From: a virus
Taxonomy: Duplodnaviria > Caudoviricetes
Virus record (IMG/VR): IMGVR_UViG_3300020148_000032
Reading direction: 5' to 3' (one strand)
Length of the DNA stretch: 64,000 bases
Shown: piece by piece, positions 1-8,098 of the stretch
Layout of the letters: every line of letters begins with the position of its first letter
Position numbering within the stretch: position 1 is the stretch's first letter
Notes under the pieces: generated by a model
What the model saw: the letters and a program-made list of their open reading frames with translations, nothing else
Databases searched by the model: none
Told to the model about the DNA's origin: nothing
Program-made: the position numbers and the translations under genes

Positions 1-22
1 CTTCATATTAAACTAAAGGGAA

Positions 23-134
23 AAAGAACTCGATATGCCCCCAATGATTATGCAAACCATTACACTTAAGACTGCTTAAACAATCTTCAGGAATCGAACC
101 TGTCCTCATTGTCTAGAGACAAACCTCGTTCTTT
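23..134 (-). ncRNA. Permuted tRNA-mimic RNA 1 (YrlA/Y-RNA-like topology)
   Basis: Minus strand: CAATGA-GGA-[CAGG TTCGATT CCTG]-[AAGATTGT TAAA GCAGTCTT capped acceptor]-AA-[GTGT AATGGTTT GCAT D-arm]-AA-TCATTG; basal stems TGTCTC/GGGGCA and AAAGAAC/GTTCTTT. Confidence 0.75.
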
Positions 135-179
135 AGATTACCGTATACCGAGTTTTAAGCCTTCGGCAACATTTATCCG

Positions 180-254
180 TACCTGGGATGGGATTCGAAC
201 CCACACTGTATAGGACCTAAACCTATTGCCTCCTGCCAATTGGGCTACCCAGGC
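180..254 (-). tRNA. tRNA-Leu(TAG), short variable arm
   Basis: Cloverleaf; ATAGG TTTAGGT CCTAT. Confidence 0.9.
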
Positions 255-278
255 ATTTACTCTCGAAAGAGTAATAAG

Positions 279-418
279 TTACTATCACGATAAACGCCAC
301 GCTATATTCAACACGTAATAACCATCTCGTTCTTATGGAATTACAAATTTAATATAGTTCTCCGCATTCTCTATTACTAGCATAATGACTACTTTAAAAG
401 TCATTATCGTGACAATAA
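279..418 (-). ncRNA. Candidate structured ncRNA
   Basis: 15-bp terminal stem TTATTGTCACGATAA/TTATCGTGATAGTAA (G-U pairs only on minus strand) with internal helices. Confidence 0.45.
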
Positions 419-419
419 G

Positions 420-492
420 TGCCCTATCAGGGATTCGAACCCCGGCCTCGACCGTTAAGAGCGGCCTGCTCTAACCACTGAGCTAATAAGGC
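420..492 (-). tRNA. tRNA-Lys(CTT)
   Basis: Cloverleaf; loop CTCTTAA. Confidence 0.92.
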
Positions 493-575
493 ATGATTAT
501 CTTACATTGTTTCACTATTTAATTTGTCACAAGTATTACTTGTAACCCATAACAAATGACTTGTCAAATAAAACT

Positions 576-707
576 TTAGTTTTCTTCAAGTTTTTCAAGA
601 AACATATCAACAGAAACACTAGAATGCTCTGCAATTGCGTCCATCAATGCTTCAACTTGTTCAAGAGTCGCATCTGTTACAAGTAATTTCAAATTCCACG
701 CAGCCAT
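576..707 (-). CDS. Small acidic hypothetical protein (43 aa, MAAWNLKLL...)
   Basis: GAGGA RBS 7 nt before ATG at 707. Confidence 0.55.
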   Translation of the reverse strand: MAAWNLKLLVTDATLEQVEALMDAIAEHSSVSVDMFLEKLEEN

Positions 708-826
708 TTTGTTATCCTCACATTTCAAGATAGAATTTAAATCCAAGTCGGATATCAGCCTTATTCTTGTCAATAAAATAATTAATGACATGATTAATAC
801 TAAGTATGAGATTCCTCTCTATTATG

Positions 827-913
827 CGGAAGTGACAGGATTTGAACCTGCGGTAGAGTTTCCCCTACACTCGCTTTCCAGGCGAGCACCTTAAGCCACT
901 CAGTCACACTTCC
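827..913 (-). tRNA. tRNA-Ser(GGA)
   Basis: Long variable arm; loop CTGGAAA. Confidence 0.93.
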
Positions 914-917
914 ATAA

Positions 918-1005
918 TACCCGCAGAAGGATTCGACCTTCACTCATTCGCAATGATGAGCATCGCCGATTAAAGCAGGGTGTTTACCCATTCCACCATG
1001 CGGAT
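918..1005 (-). tRNA. Atypical long-arm tRNA-like gene, best-fit anticodon TTA (or pseudo-Leu)
   Basis: ATCCGCA/TGCGGGT acceptor, Leu-like D-arm, CCCTG CTTTAAT CGGCG, 6-nt T-loop. Confidence 0.5.
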
Positions 1006-1038
1006 ACATATTTATACTACCATATCTCATCAGTATAG

Positions 1039-2448
1039 TCAATTAAGATATTTCTTTTTTTTTATGAAATTATCAAGAATTTCAAGGGCTTCTTTCTTAG
1101 TTTTAAAATTACCCCTATATTGCATTTCTCTAAATTGAGAAATAATTTCTCCAACCCAAGGCCCTGGTTTCTTTGAAGAACACTCAAGAATATCTTTACC
1201 CATTACAAAATCAGGTTCATATGAAGTATATATACCTTCAAGGGCAGCCTTTTGAGAAACTTCTATAATTTCTTTATCATCAATAACCTTACCGTAAGAA
1301 TACAAACGTTCGAAAGTGAACCCTCTTGAACGAAGTTCAAATGCTAATTTCTTACGAAGATAAGTAGTTGACGCATCAGAAGACTTGAACTTGGCAAGAT
1401 CTTCAGCAATATCTTGCTTATCTCTCCCGATAAGAGAGATTGAATAAAAATCTTTTCGATCCTTTTGATTCATATTTCTAGCAATAAGAGCAGAACCAAT
1501 AATATCCTTATCCTTTTTTAAATGAGTAATTTCATTAATTCTTTTTTGAACCATTTCTGAAGATAAAGATTCTTTAAGTCCAGGGCTGATATCATCCCAA
1601 CCTGATTCTTGAAGAGCAATAACTCCATTAAGAGGTTTAGTGCTCTTTGTGAAGAATTTTTCCCATTCGCCTTGGACCCTTTCAGTTGAAAGATGTTCAT
1701 ACTCTGAACGTATAGATTGAGCGAGCTCCCTTGTATCAGGAGCCCAACGAAGGTTAAAGCGTGCAGCAAATTGGAAGCCTCTAAGAACTCTTAAAGGATC
1801 TTCAGAAAATTTACCACTTACATGACGGAGGACACGTCTATTAAGGTCACTAAGACCTCTAGACGGATCTATAATCATGTGATTTACATGGTCATACATC
1901 ATTGCATTAAGAGTAAAGTCTCTTCTTTCAGCAGCTTCAAGAAGTGTCATTTCAGTATCCATTACTACTTCGAAAGATCTGTGCCCAGCACCAACACGGT
2001 TTTCTTTACGAGGTACACTTACGTCAAGGTCGGTAACCCCTCTTCCGGAGACTTTAAGTACTCCAAATTCTTTACCCACTTCGTCAACAATGTAACCTTT
2101 ATTTTTTAAAAATTGAGCAAGGGAATCAATAGTTGTTCCGTGGACTTCAATGTCAATGTCTTTATTTGAAGAACCTGTAATGGAATCACGAACAGCACCA
2201 CCGACAATAAGAGGGGTTCCCTCTTCTTGAATTTCAGTAATAATATTATCTATTGTTTCTGGAAGTTTCATGATAAACGGTCTAACATTTTCTTTCCCAT
2301 ATTCGTTCGCTCTTTCTTGATAAAGAGATGGGTTATTAATCATGTCTTTTTGTTCTGGAGTGAATTCAAAATCTTCAAAAGGGCATGCTCTCTTTCGTGC
2401 GTTACAAAGAGAAAATGAGCCTTTAGAGTTAAGGTGATATCGTGTCAT
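1039..2448 (-). CDS. cca: CCA-adding tRNA nucleotidyltransferase with short N-terminal His/Cys extension
   Basis: VGGAVRD, DIDIEV, RRDFTLNAM, EDPLRVLR class II nucleotidyltransferase motifs. Confidence 0.9.
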   Translation of the reverse strand: MTRYHLNSKGSFSLCNARKRACPFEDFEFTPEQKDMINNPSLYQERANEYGKENVRPFIMKLPETIDNIITEIQEEGTPLIVGGAVRDSITGSSNKDIDIEVHGTTIDSLAQFLKNKGYIVDEVGKEFGVLKVSGRGVTDLDVSVPRKENRVGAGHRSFEVVMDTEMTLLEAAERRDFTLNAMMYDHVNHMIIDPSRGLSDLNRRVLRHVSGKFSEDPLRVLRGFQFAARFNLRWAPDTRELAQSIRSEYEHLSTERVQGEWEKFFTKSTKPLNGVIALQESGWDDISPGLKESLSSEMVQKRINEITHLKKDKDIIGSALIARNMNQKDRKDFYSISLIGRDKQDIAEDLAKFKSSDASTTYLRKKLAFELRSRGFTFERLYSYGKVIDDKEIIEVSQKAALEGIYTSYEPDFVMGKDILECSSKKPGPWVGEIISQFREMQYRGNFKTKKEALEILDNFIKKKKYLN

Positions 2449-2508
2449 AAGTAGTGCACTCCTTCAAAAGTTTTTCTAAAGAGAAAACGAGTACACTTTC
2501 TTCTTTAA

Positions 2509-2586
2509 TGGTAGCCCTGACTGGATTCGAACCAGTGATCTCTTCTTTATGAGGGAAGCGCTTTCGACCGACTAAGCTACAGGGCC
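2509..2586 (-). tRNA. tRNA-Met/Ile2(CAT), CCA encoded
   Basis: Loop CTCATAA; non-initiator acceptor. Confidence 0.88.
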
Positions 2587-2602
2587 ATTATTTTGTGATG
2601 TG

Positions 2603-2685
2603 TGCCTAAAGCGGGACTCGAACCCGCACGCCCTTTCGGGCACGGCGTTCTTAGCGCCGCACGTCTACCATTCCATCATTCAGGC
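2603..2685 (-). tRNA. tRNA-Leu(AAG)
   Basis: CGGCG CTAAGAA CGCCG; long variable arm; A73. Confidence 0.9.
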
Positions 2686-2785
2686 ATTGAGGATAAGGTG
2701 AGTTTTAATTCATATTCTCCTCAAAATATGAAAACCACAATGTTAGTGGCTCTCGATGTTGACATTTTATTATCCAGAAATATTG

Positions 2786-2998
2786 TCAACATGTAAAAAT
2801 TATCGGCGGATATTTTCCACCAATGTGAACTTGATAAGCAGTTCTATACAAAGAATCATCCGAACCAGAAGAGTTCAAATAATCTTTCATTCTTTTCACT
2901 ATCTTTTTTAAATTAAAGTGAGACGGTTGTGAAGAACTACCCATATAACCCAATGCTACTATTTTAGCTTGAGAATTCATCATTTCATAAGCATTCAT
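2786..2998 (-). CDS. Hypothetical protein
   Basis: 70-aa ORF, AAAGGAG RBS. Confidence 0.6.
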   Translation of the reverse strand: MNAYEMMNSQAKIVALGYMGSSSQPSHFNLKKIVKRMKDYLNSSGSDDSLYRTAYQVHIGGKYPPIIFTC

Positions 2999-3021
2999 TA
3001 TAATTCTCCTTTTAATAAATG

Positions 3022-3092
3022 CTGCCCGACTAGGATTCGAACCTAGACCTGTTGAGTCAGAGTCAAATATGCTGCCATTACACTATCGGGCA
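3022..3092 (-). tRNA. tRNA-Gln(CTG)
   Basis: Loop CTCTGAC. Confidence 0.9.
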
Positions 3093-3101
3093 ATAGTTGG
3101 T

Positions 3102-3341
3102 TTACTTCTGATGCAAACCAAGAACAGTGATATCTCCAGTGAGAGTATCAAGAGTACAATCAACCGCGATTTCACAAAAAGCAAAACGAGCGGTTTCGGA
3201 CTTGTTAAGAAGTTCCACAATCTCTTCCTCAGAAATTGGCGCTCCGCCTTCAGCTTGATTCATAGAATAATGAATCATTTCGGCGCGCTCCTTATTAGAT
3301 CCAGCGGAGCCGCTAAGATAATAAACAAATGGAAGCTTCAT
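3102..3341 (-). CDS. Hypothetical protein, paralog of 3380-3607
   Basis: Shared C-terminal C-x-(I/L)-D-x-x-TGDI-x-(I/V)-LG motif. Confidence 0.7.
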   Translation of the reverse strand: MKLPFVYYLSGSAGSNKERAEMIHYSMNQAEGGAPISEEEIVELLNKSETARFAFCEIAVDCTLDTLTGDITVLGLHQK

Positions 3342-3379
3342 GGGAAACCCTTTCAACAAGAATAATGAACTATTCTATT

Positions 3380-3607
3380 CTAATTGGAAAACCCTAAAAT
3401 GTCAATGTCTCCAGTATCAAGATCAATAGAGCATTTTAATTCAACTTCTTGAAAAGAGTAATAACTTGACTTTTGTCGAATAAGTTCATAAAGTTCATCC
3501 TCAGTAAGATGATAATTAGGGTCTTTCGCAAGTTGCTCGTGAAGAATTTCAGAAAGTTCCCTGTGCGTATAATCATCATGAATAGTATGAGTAAACTTTA
3601 TTTTCAT
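3380..3607 (-). CDS. Hypothetical protein, paralog of 3102-3341
   Basis: Shared C-terminal motif; GAAGG RBS. Confidence 0.7.
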   Translation of the reverse strand: MKIKFTHTIHDDYTHRELSEILHEQLAKDPNYHLTEDELYELIRQKSSYYSFQEVELKCSIDLDTGDIDILGFSN

Positions 3608-3635
3608 TGGGACCTTCTATTCTGTTAAAATATAG

Positions 3636-3709
3636 TGTGACTAGACGGACTTGAACCCTCAACCACTGGTACCACAAACCAGCGCTCTACCAATTGAGCT
3701 ATAGCCACC
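3636..3709 (-). tRNA. tRNA-His(GTG)
   Basis: Loop TTGTGGT; G-1 encoded, A73. Confidence 0.88.
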
Positions 3710-3807
3710 ATCGTTACTTATTTCTTGCAACAATCTCCACCGCAAGAACAAGTGCAATCTTCTTTATCTTTATACATATTTCACCACCTTCATATGAATA
3801 ATATGAG

Positions 3808-3880
3808 AGCGAGTGACCAGATTCGAACCGGCGTTAACAGTTTGGAAGACTGTAGTACTAGGCCTCTGTACGACACTCGC
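3808..3880 (-). tRNA. tRNA-Gly(TCC) copy 1
   Basis: Loop CTTCCAA; 1 nt different from 9889-9961. Confidence 0.9.
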
Positions 3881-3919
3881 AATATGTCAATATTCTATCA
3901 AGAATATCAACAAGTTTTA

Positions 3920-4093
3920 TTAATCATCAATAACAACAGAAATCATCGCCTTAGCAGAAGGATTATCGGAATGCTTTTCGAGAACCTCGACCTTATGTTC
4001 GGTAGCCTCAGCAAAAGTATCGTCATAAGAATAGACGACCCAATAGTTTCCATCAAAGAAAAGAACCATAAACTTACCAAAATGATTAAACAT
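3920..4093 (-). CDS. Small hypothetical protein (57 aa, MFNHFGKFMV...)
   Basis: AAGGA RBS; TTGACA-17-TATTAT promoter at 4159-4131. Confidence 0.6.
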   Translation of the reverse strand: MFNHFGKFMVLFFDGNYWVVYSYDDTFAEATEHKVEVLEKHSDNPSAKAMISVVIDD

Positions 4094-4335
4094 GTGAATC
4101 CTTATTTTAATAGTAGTGATGAGTTATTTCATAATAACACTATATGATAAGAATGTCAATATACTCAAAGCGCGCAGGAAGTTGAACAATTAGCGCTTCA
4201 TGTTCAACCTTTCCCGCGCCTTTAAACGGAATTTTTGTTATTCTGTAGATTAATTCTAACTACAACCCACTTTATGATGAGGGCTCGCCGTGATATCCAT
4301 ACACGGTCTCGAAGGGATACATACATATCCCGAAG

Positions 4336-4406
4336 CTGGAGTACTAGGATTCGAACCTAGACTAACTGATCCAAAGTCAGGGGTGCTGCCATTACACTAT
4401 ACTCCA
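4336..4406 (-). tRNA. tRNA-Gln(TTG)
   Basis: Loop CTTTGGA. Confidence 0.9.
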
Positions 4407-4445
4407 AAGTTTAATGCATAATTATTAATTATATCAAGAAAAAAG

Positions 4446-4520
4446 TCTAGATAGAAGGATTCGAACCTTCGACTCCTCGGATCCAAACCGAGTACCCTGG
4501 CCAAACTGAGCTATATCTAG
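4446..4520 (-). tRNA. tRNA-Pro(TGG)
   Basis: Loop TTTGGAT. Confidence 0.9.
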
Positions 4521-4547
4521 ATAGCAATCACAAGGATTGCTTTTTTA

Positions 4548-4697
4548 TTAAGAATGAGAAGCACGTCTAAAACGAACTTCATTCATAGTTTTGTACGTTT
4601 CAAAATCCTTAGTTTGTAACAAAGTCTCCGAAAGAATTTCATCAAAACTTCCCATCATTTCAAGTTCAACTTCAACTTTAGAATTTATATGATACAT
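4548..4697 (-). CDS. Small hypothetical protein (49 aa, MYHINSKVEV...)
   Basis: AAGGAG RBS. Confidence 0.5.
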   Translation of the reverse strand: MYHINSKVEVELEMMGSFDEILSETLLQTKDFETYKTMNEVRFRRASHS

Positions 4698-4739
4698 AAG
4701 GTTCTCCTTTTTAAAAAATTTTCTATATAAAGTTTATAG

Positions 4740-4812
4740 TGAATCTAGAGGGACTCGAACCCGCAACCTCTTCCGAGTCAAGGAAGCGCTCTACCAATTG
4801 AGCTATAGATTC
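4740..4812 (-). tRNA. tRNA-Val(GAC)
   Basis: Loop TTGACTC. Confidence 0.9.
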
Positions 4813-5014
4813 ATAAGCTGCTGTCTAAAAAATTATAAGACTATAGCAGAAGAGATAACTAGGCAGGACATACCAGGCTGGGGGAGCAGATGTGAGAGTG
4901 ATAGCATCATGGTAGTGTCCTTTCTAAGTTGAGAAACTGCAGTATAGCAGTAGTTTATGATTGAAGTGTTTCAATATGCAGAAAAAGTTTTAATCTTTTT
5001 AAGCTGCAGTGTAG

Positions 5015-5098
5015 TGTCCAGGATGGGAGTCGAACCCACATGACCTTTCGGTCACAGCGACCTCAACGCTGCGCGTATACCAATTCCGCCACCTGGAC
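5015..5098 (-). tRNA. tRNA-Leu(GAG)
   Basis: Long arm; loop TTGAGGT. Confidence 0.92.
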
Positions 5099-5120
5099 AT
5101 TGAAGTAAAAATACTTATCG

Positions 5121-5202
5121 CGGAGGGCACGGGATTCGAACCCGCGACCGTGTTACCGGCGACCGATTTCAAGTCGGTTTGCTAACCATTCGCCTACCCT
5201 CC
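5121..5202 (-). tRNA. tRNA-Ser(TGA)
   Basis: Long arm; loop CTTGAAA. Confidence 0.9.
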
Positions 5203-5259
5203 AAGGGTTAAAGATTAAAGAAGTTTCCCGAGCTCTAGGTTCTCTTTAATCAATCACTT

Positions 5260-5322
5260 TTAAAATATAACCCAAACTTTACGACACTGCCGTAGAGGGG
5301 AATCGAACCCCTCATATTTTAA
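5260..5322 (-). ncRNA. Permuted tRNA-mimic RNA 2
   Basis: TTAAAATAT-[GAGGGG TTCGATT CCCCTC]-[TACGGC AGT GTCGTA]-AAGTTTGGGTT-ATATTTTAA. Confidence 0.7.
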
Positions 5323-5369
5323 CGCTTAACTCTGCGCATACACATTCACGTTATAGTGTAAGAAGTAAG

Positions 5370-5442
5370 CGCCCGTAGAGAGATTCGAACTCCCGACACC
5401 TTGGTCCGAAGCCAAGTGCTCTATCCACTGAGCTATACAGGC
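5370..5442 (-). tRNA. tRNA-Arg(TCG)
   Basis: Loop CTTCGGA. Confidence 0.9.
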
Positions 5443-5644
5443 AAAAACGAGACTAGTTTAACCAGAACACACTCGCAATATCATAATCCCTGATTCCTTA
5501 AAAAAGAAACCCGAAACTTTTCACACCAGATATTTGGCGGCTTTATTTACTCCAAGTCGAGAGTCCCTATTTTATACTCAGGAAATAAGGATCCAAGGAC
5601 AATGGTTAGTTGTCATGCTCTATGGAAGCTACAATGAAAGAAAA

Positions 5645-6703
5645 TTAGAATTTCAAGGCAAGATTAGAGCAATTATTAGGAATAAACTCCTTTTTATCTT
5701 CTAAATCTTGAATAGAAACACCAACATGAGAAAAACGAACACTCTCACCAACAATAATAAAAAGATTCAAGTCAGAATTCTTATCAAAAGAATCCCTCAT
5801 TTTATGAAGCATATCATCTGTAACCCAACCTTTATATTCTATATAAAGATCATAATCTTCAATGTAAAAATCAGGATAAAATTTCCTATTCTTTCCTTCT
5901 AAAGTCACATAAGGGAAACCCTTAGAATTACGTGTCCAATTAATAGGTAAAGAATCAAGAAAATTAGCAACCCTAATTTCCTCACGATTTAAATACATTA
6001 TCTCACCACTTTTTACAGTGTGATGAAAGTTTTTACTGCGACCTCCGCCAGGACGTAGACCACCATTATTAGAAAGATCGCGTCCAGCAAAAGAACACTT
6101 ATTAGAGCAAAATTTTCGAGTAGTAGTATTAGCGAAAAATTCTTTCTTACACATTGAGCAGAATATATAACGGGGACCCACTTTTTGTCTTTTTATTTTA
6201 CTTAAAGATCTACTCTTTCTCTCAGAATTTTTGCATTCAAGATTACAATATTTTGACTTACTACTATTAGATTTAAAGTCTTTTTTGCAAACAAAACATG
6301 TATGTGAATAAACTCTTAAAGAAACTATTTTAGTGCTACATTCTATAGAGCAAAATTTTAATCCTTTTCTGTTACCAGAGCGGCCCGCATATTTTTCAAA
6401 AACTTTGTTACAAGATTGATTTTGACAAATAAGTATCTTCCAGCCTTTAGCTCTACGTTTAGCGCAAACTTCAGAAGATCCATGAGCAATTAAACTTTTA
6501 TTAGTTTTAAATTCTGTTTTACAAGAAGAACAGAAAGTAGAATTAGGGTCGATTTTACGAGTTTTATAAGAAATATTATGAACCATTTTAAGATGAGTTC
6601 TCATTCCCATAAAAGTGAGAAATTTTCTTTCACAAGTTTTAAAATCACAAGGAATAATAAGCTCAGAAGGATCGGCATCTGTGGATCTCTTTGTTTTAGT
6701 CAT
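5645..6703 (-). CDS. Multi-zinc-finger PD-(D/E)xK endonuclease (free-standing homing-endonuclease-like)
   Basis: C2H2 and repeated CxxC...FCSxxC units; C-terminal YPDF...IEYKG. Confidence 0.75.
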   Translation of the reverse strand: MTKTKRSTDADPSELIIPCDFKTCERKFLTFMGMRTHLKMVHNISYKTRKIDPNSTFCSSCKTEFKTNKSLIAHGSSEVCAKRRAKGWKILICQNQSCNKVFEKYAGRSGNRKGLKFCSIECSTKIVSLRVYSHTCFVCKKDFKSNSSKSKYCNLECKNSERKSRSLSKIKRQKVGPRYIFCSMCKKEFFANTTTRKFCSNKCSFAGRDLSNNGGLRPGGGRSKNFHHTVKSGEIMYLNREEIRVANFLDSLPINWTRNSKGFPYVTLEGKNRKFYPDFYIEDYDLYIEYKGWVTDDMLHKMRDSFDKNSDLNLFIIVGESVRFSHVGVSIQDLEDKKEFIPNNCSNLALKF

Positions 6704-6729
6704 ATGATTATTTTATCAAAAATTAATCG

Positions 6730-6800
6730 CAGGAGTACTAGGAATCGAACCCAGATCATCGAGGTTGGAGCTCGAGATTTTACCATTAAACTACACTCCT
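6730..6800 (-). tRNA. tRNA-Trp(CCA)
   Basis: Loop CTCCAAC. Confidence 0.92.
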
Positions 6801-6825
6801 ATAGTGTAAAAATGAAATAAAGAGA

Positions 6826-6938
6826 ACTCTTCCAACATATTCCAAAATATTGCATCATTTTCCAGAATGATAAAGAGTGCAACCGAAAGGTTAAAGATAA
6901 GGATCACCCTTCGTAATCTAATTCGGACTGGAATCCGA
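6826..6938 (-). ncRNA. Candidate kissing-loop ncRNA
   Basis: Hairpin loops at 6860-6865 and 6928-6933 are exact complements (TTCCAG/CTGGAA). Confidence 0.5.
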
Positions 6939-6946
6939 CCCTATCG

Positions 6947-7017
6947 AGCTAATGACGAGAATCGAACTCGCGTTATCTCGTTGGCAACGAGAAGTTTTAC
7001 CATTAAACTACATTAGC
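6947..7017 (-). tRNA. tRNA-Gly(GCC)
   Basis: Loop TTGCCAA. Confidence 0.92.
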
Positions 7018-7292
7018 ATTTGGCCTTTTCTTCCGTGAGGGTAGTACCATACCCCTTCGCTTCATTCCTGTCGGCGGCCGTTTCCTTTATGCCTCTAGTG
7101 TTTAACGGGTTAATCATCGTGGTCTCCCAACGGACCTACCACAATATTTTATTATATCAGAAAATTTACGAACTTTCATATTTGGTATTCGTAATGAGAG
7201 CCGATAACTCCTCAACCTCATAAGGGTACATCAACCTGGGGCTCGAAGAAATCTTTTTCAATTTCGGCAGGCATCACTTGCATTCCTTATAG

Positions 7293-7378
7293 TAACGGAG
7301 GCGGGATTTGAACCACTTATATAATTGCGACCTCTAGGTTATGAGCCTAGCGAGCACTCCGAGCTGCTCCACTCCGTG
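7293..7378 (-). tRNA. Initiator-type tRNA-fMet(CAT) with ~11-nt insertion in T-stem
   Basis: C1:T72 mismatch, loop CTCATAA; GC-AATTATATAAGT-GG TTCAAAT CCCGC. Confidence 0.75.
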
Positions 7379-7391
7379 TCGTTATCATTCG

Positions 7392-7467
7392 TAGCGGTGA
7401 CAGGATTCGCACCTGCGATCTCTAGGATATGAGCCTAGCGGGGACAACTGAACTCCCCTACACCGCG
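7392..7467 (-). tRNA. Initiator-type tRNA-fMet(CAT)
   Basis: CGCGGTG acceptor with C1:T72; T-loop TGCGAAT. Confidence 0.85.
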
Positions 7468-7519
7468 CTTAAGGGATGAAGTATTCTGCGTAATATTGTT
7501 ACGAGATTTTTCATCCTAG

Positions 7520-7592
7520 AGCCACCTATCGGGTTCGAACCGATGACCTTCTCATTACTAGTGAGATGCTCTACCAACTGAGCTAAGGGGGC
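7520..7592 (-). tRNA. tRNA-Thr(AGT)
   Basis: TCTCA CTAGTAA TGAGA. Confidence 0.9.
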
Positions 7593-7717
7593 AGTGAGGA
7601 ATGATGAATTCCTCTAAGTTAATACATAGTAAGACCACCTGACTTAATCATGTTATCATCATAATCAAGTACTGGAGAATCCTCGCGGAGTTTCCCTTCT
7701 TATTTTTGTTAACTTTG

Positions 7718-7791
7718 AGCCCCTTGTCAGGTTCGAACTGACGACCTTTCGCTTACAAGGCGAACGCTCTGACCAACTGAGCTAAGGGGGC
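7718..7791 (-). tRNA. tRNA-Thr(TGT)
   Basis: Loop CTTGTAA. Confidence 0.92.
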
Positions 7792-7834
7792 ATGGTGATA
7801 GACTGAATTCAATATATTCATCTTCAATCTATCG

Positions 7835-7906
7835 TGGAGAATAGGGGACTCGAACCCCTAACCTTGACCTTGCAAAGGTCCTGCGCTACCATTGCGCCAA
7901 TTCCCC
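7835..7906 (-). tRNA. tRNA-Ala(TGC)
   Basis: G3:U70; loop TTTGCAA. Confidence 0.92.
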
Positions 7907-7961
7907 ATCGTAACTTTTTGAAAGTTACGTTAGTAACACTATTTTAATATCAGTATTTGAT

Positions 7962-8036
7962 TGGTACCCCCGGGCAGAGTTGAACTGCCTTCATCATGTT
8001 ATAAGCATGAGGTCCTAACCCGTAGACGACAGGGGC
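7962..8036 (-). tRNA. tRNA-Ile(TAT), CCA encoded
   Basis: TCATG CTTATAA CATGA. Confidence 0.88.
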
Positions 8037-8098
8037 ATAATTTTTTAATTATGGTATTACTATATCAATTTTTTTGAAAAAGTCAAATTGTTTAATAA

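Noticed and set aside
80-140. Amber suppressor tRNA(CTA)
   Set aside because: TTGTC-TCTA-GACAA gives no 7-nt loop and no D-arm; the permuted fold explains far more pairing
4833-4910. 25-aa ORF with GAAAGGA RBS
   Set aside because: Too short and featureless to support as a gene
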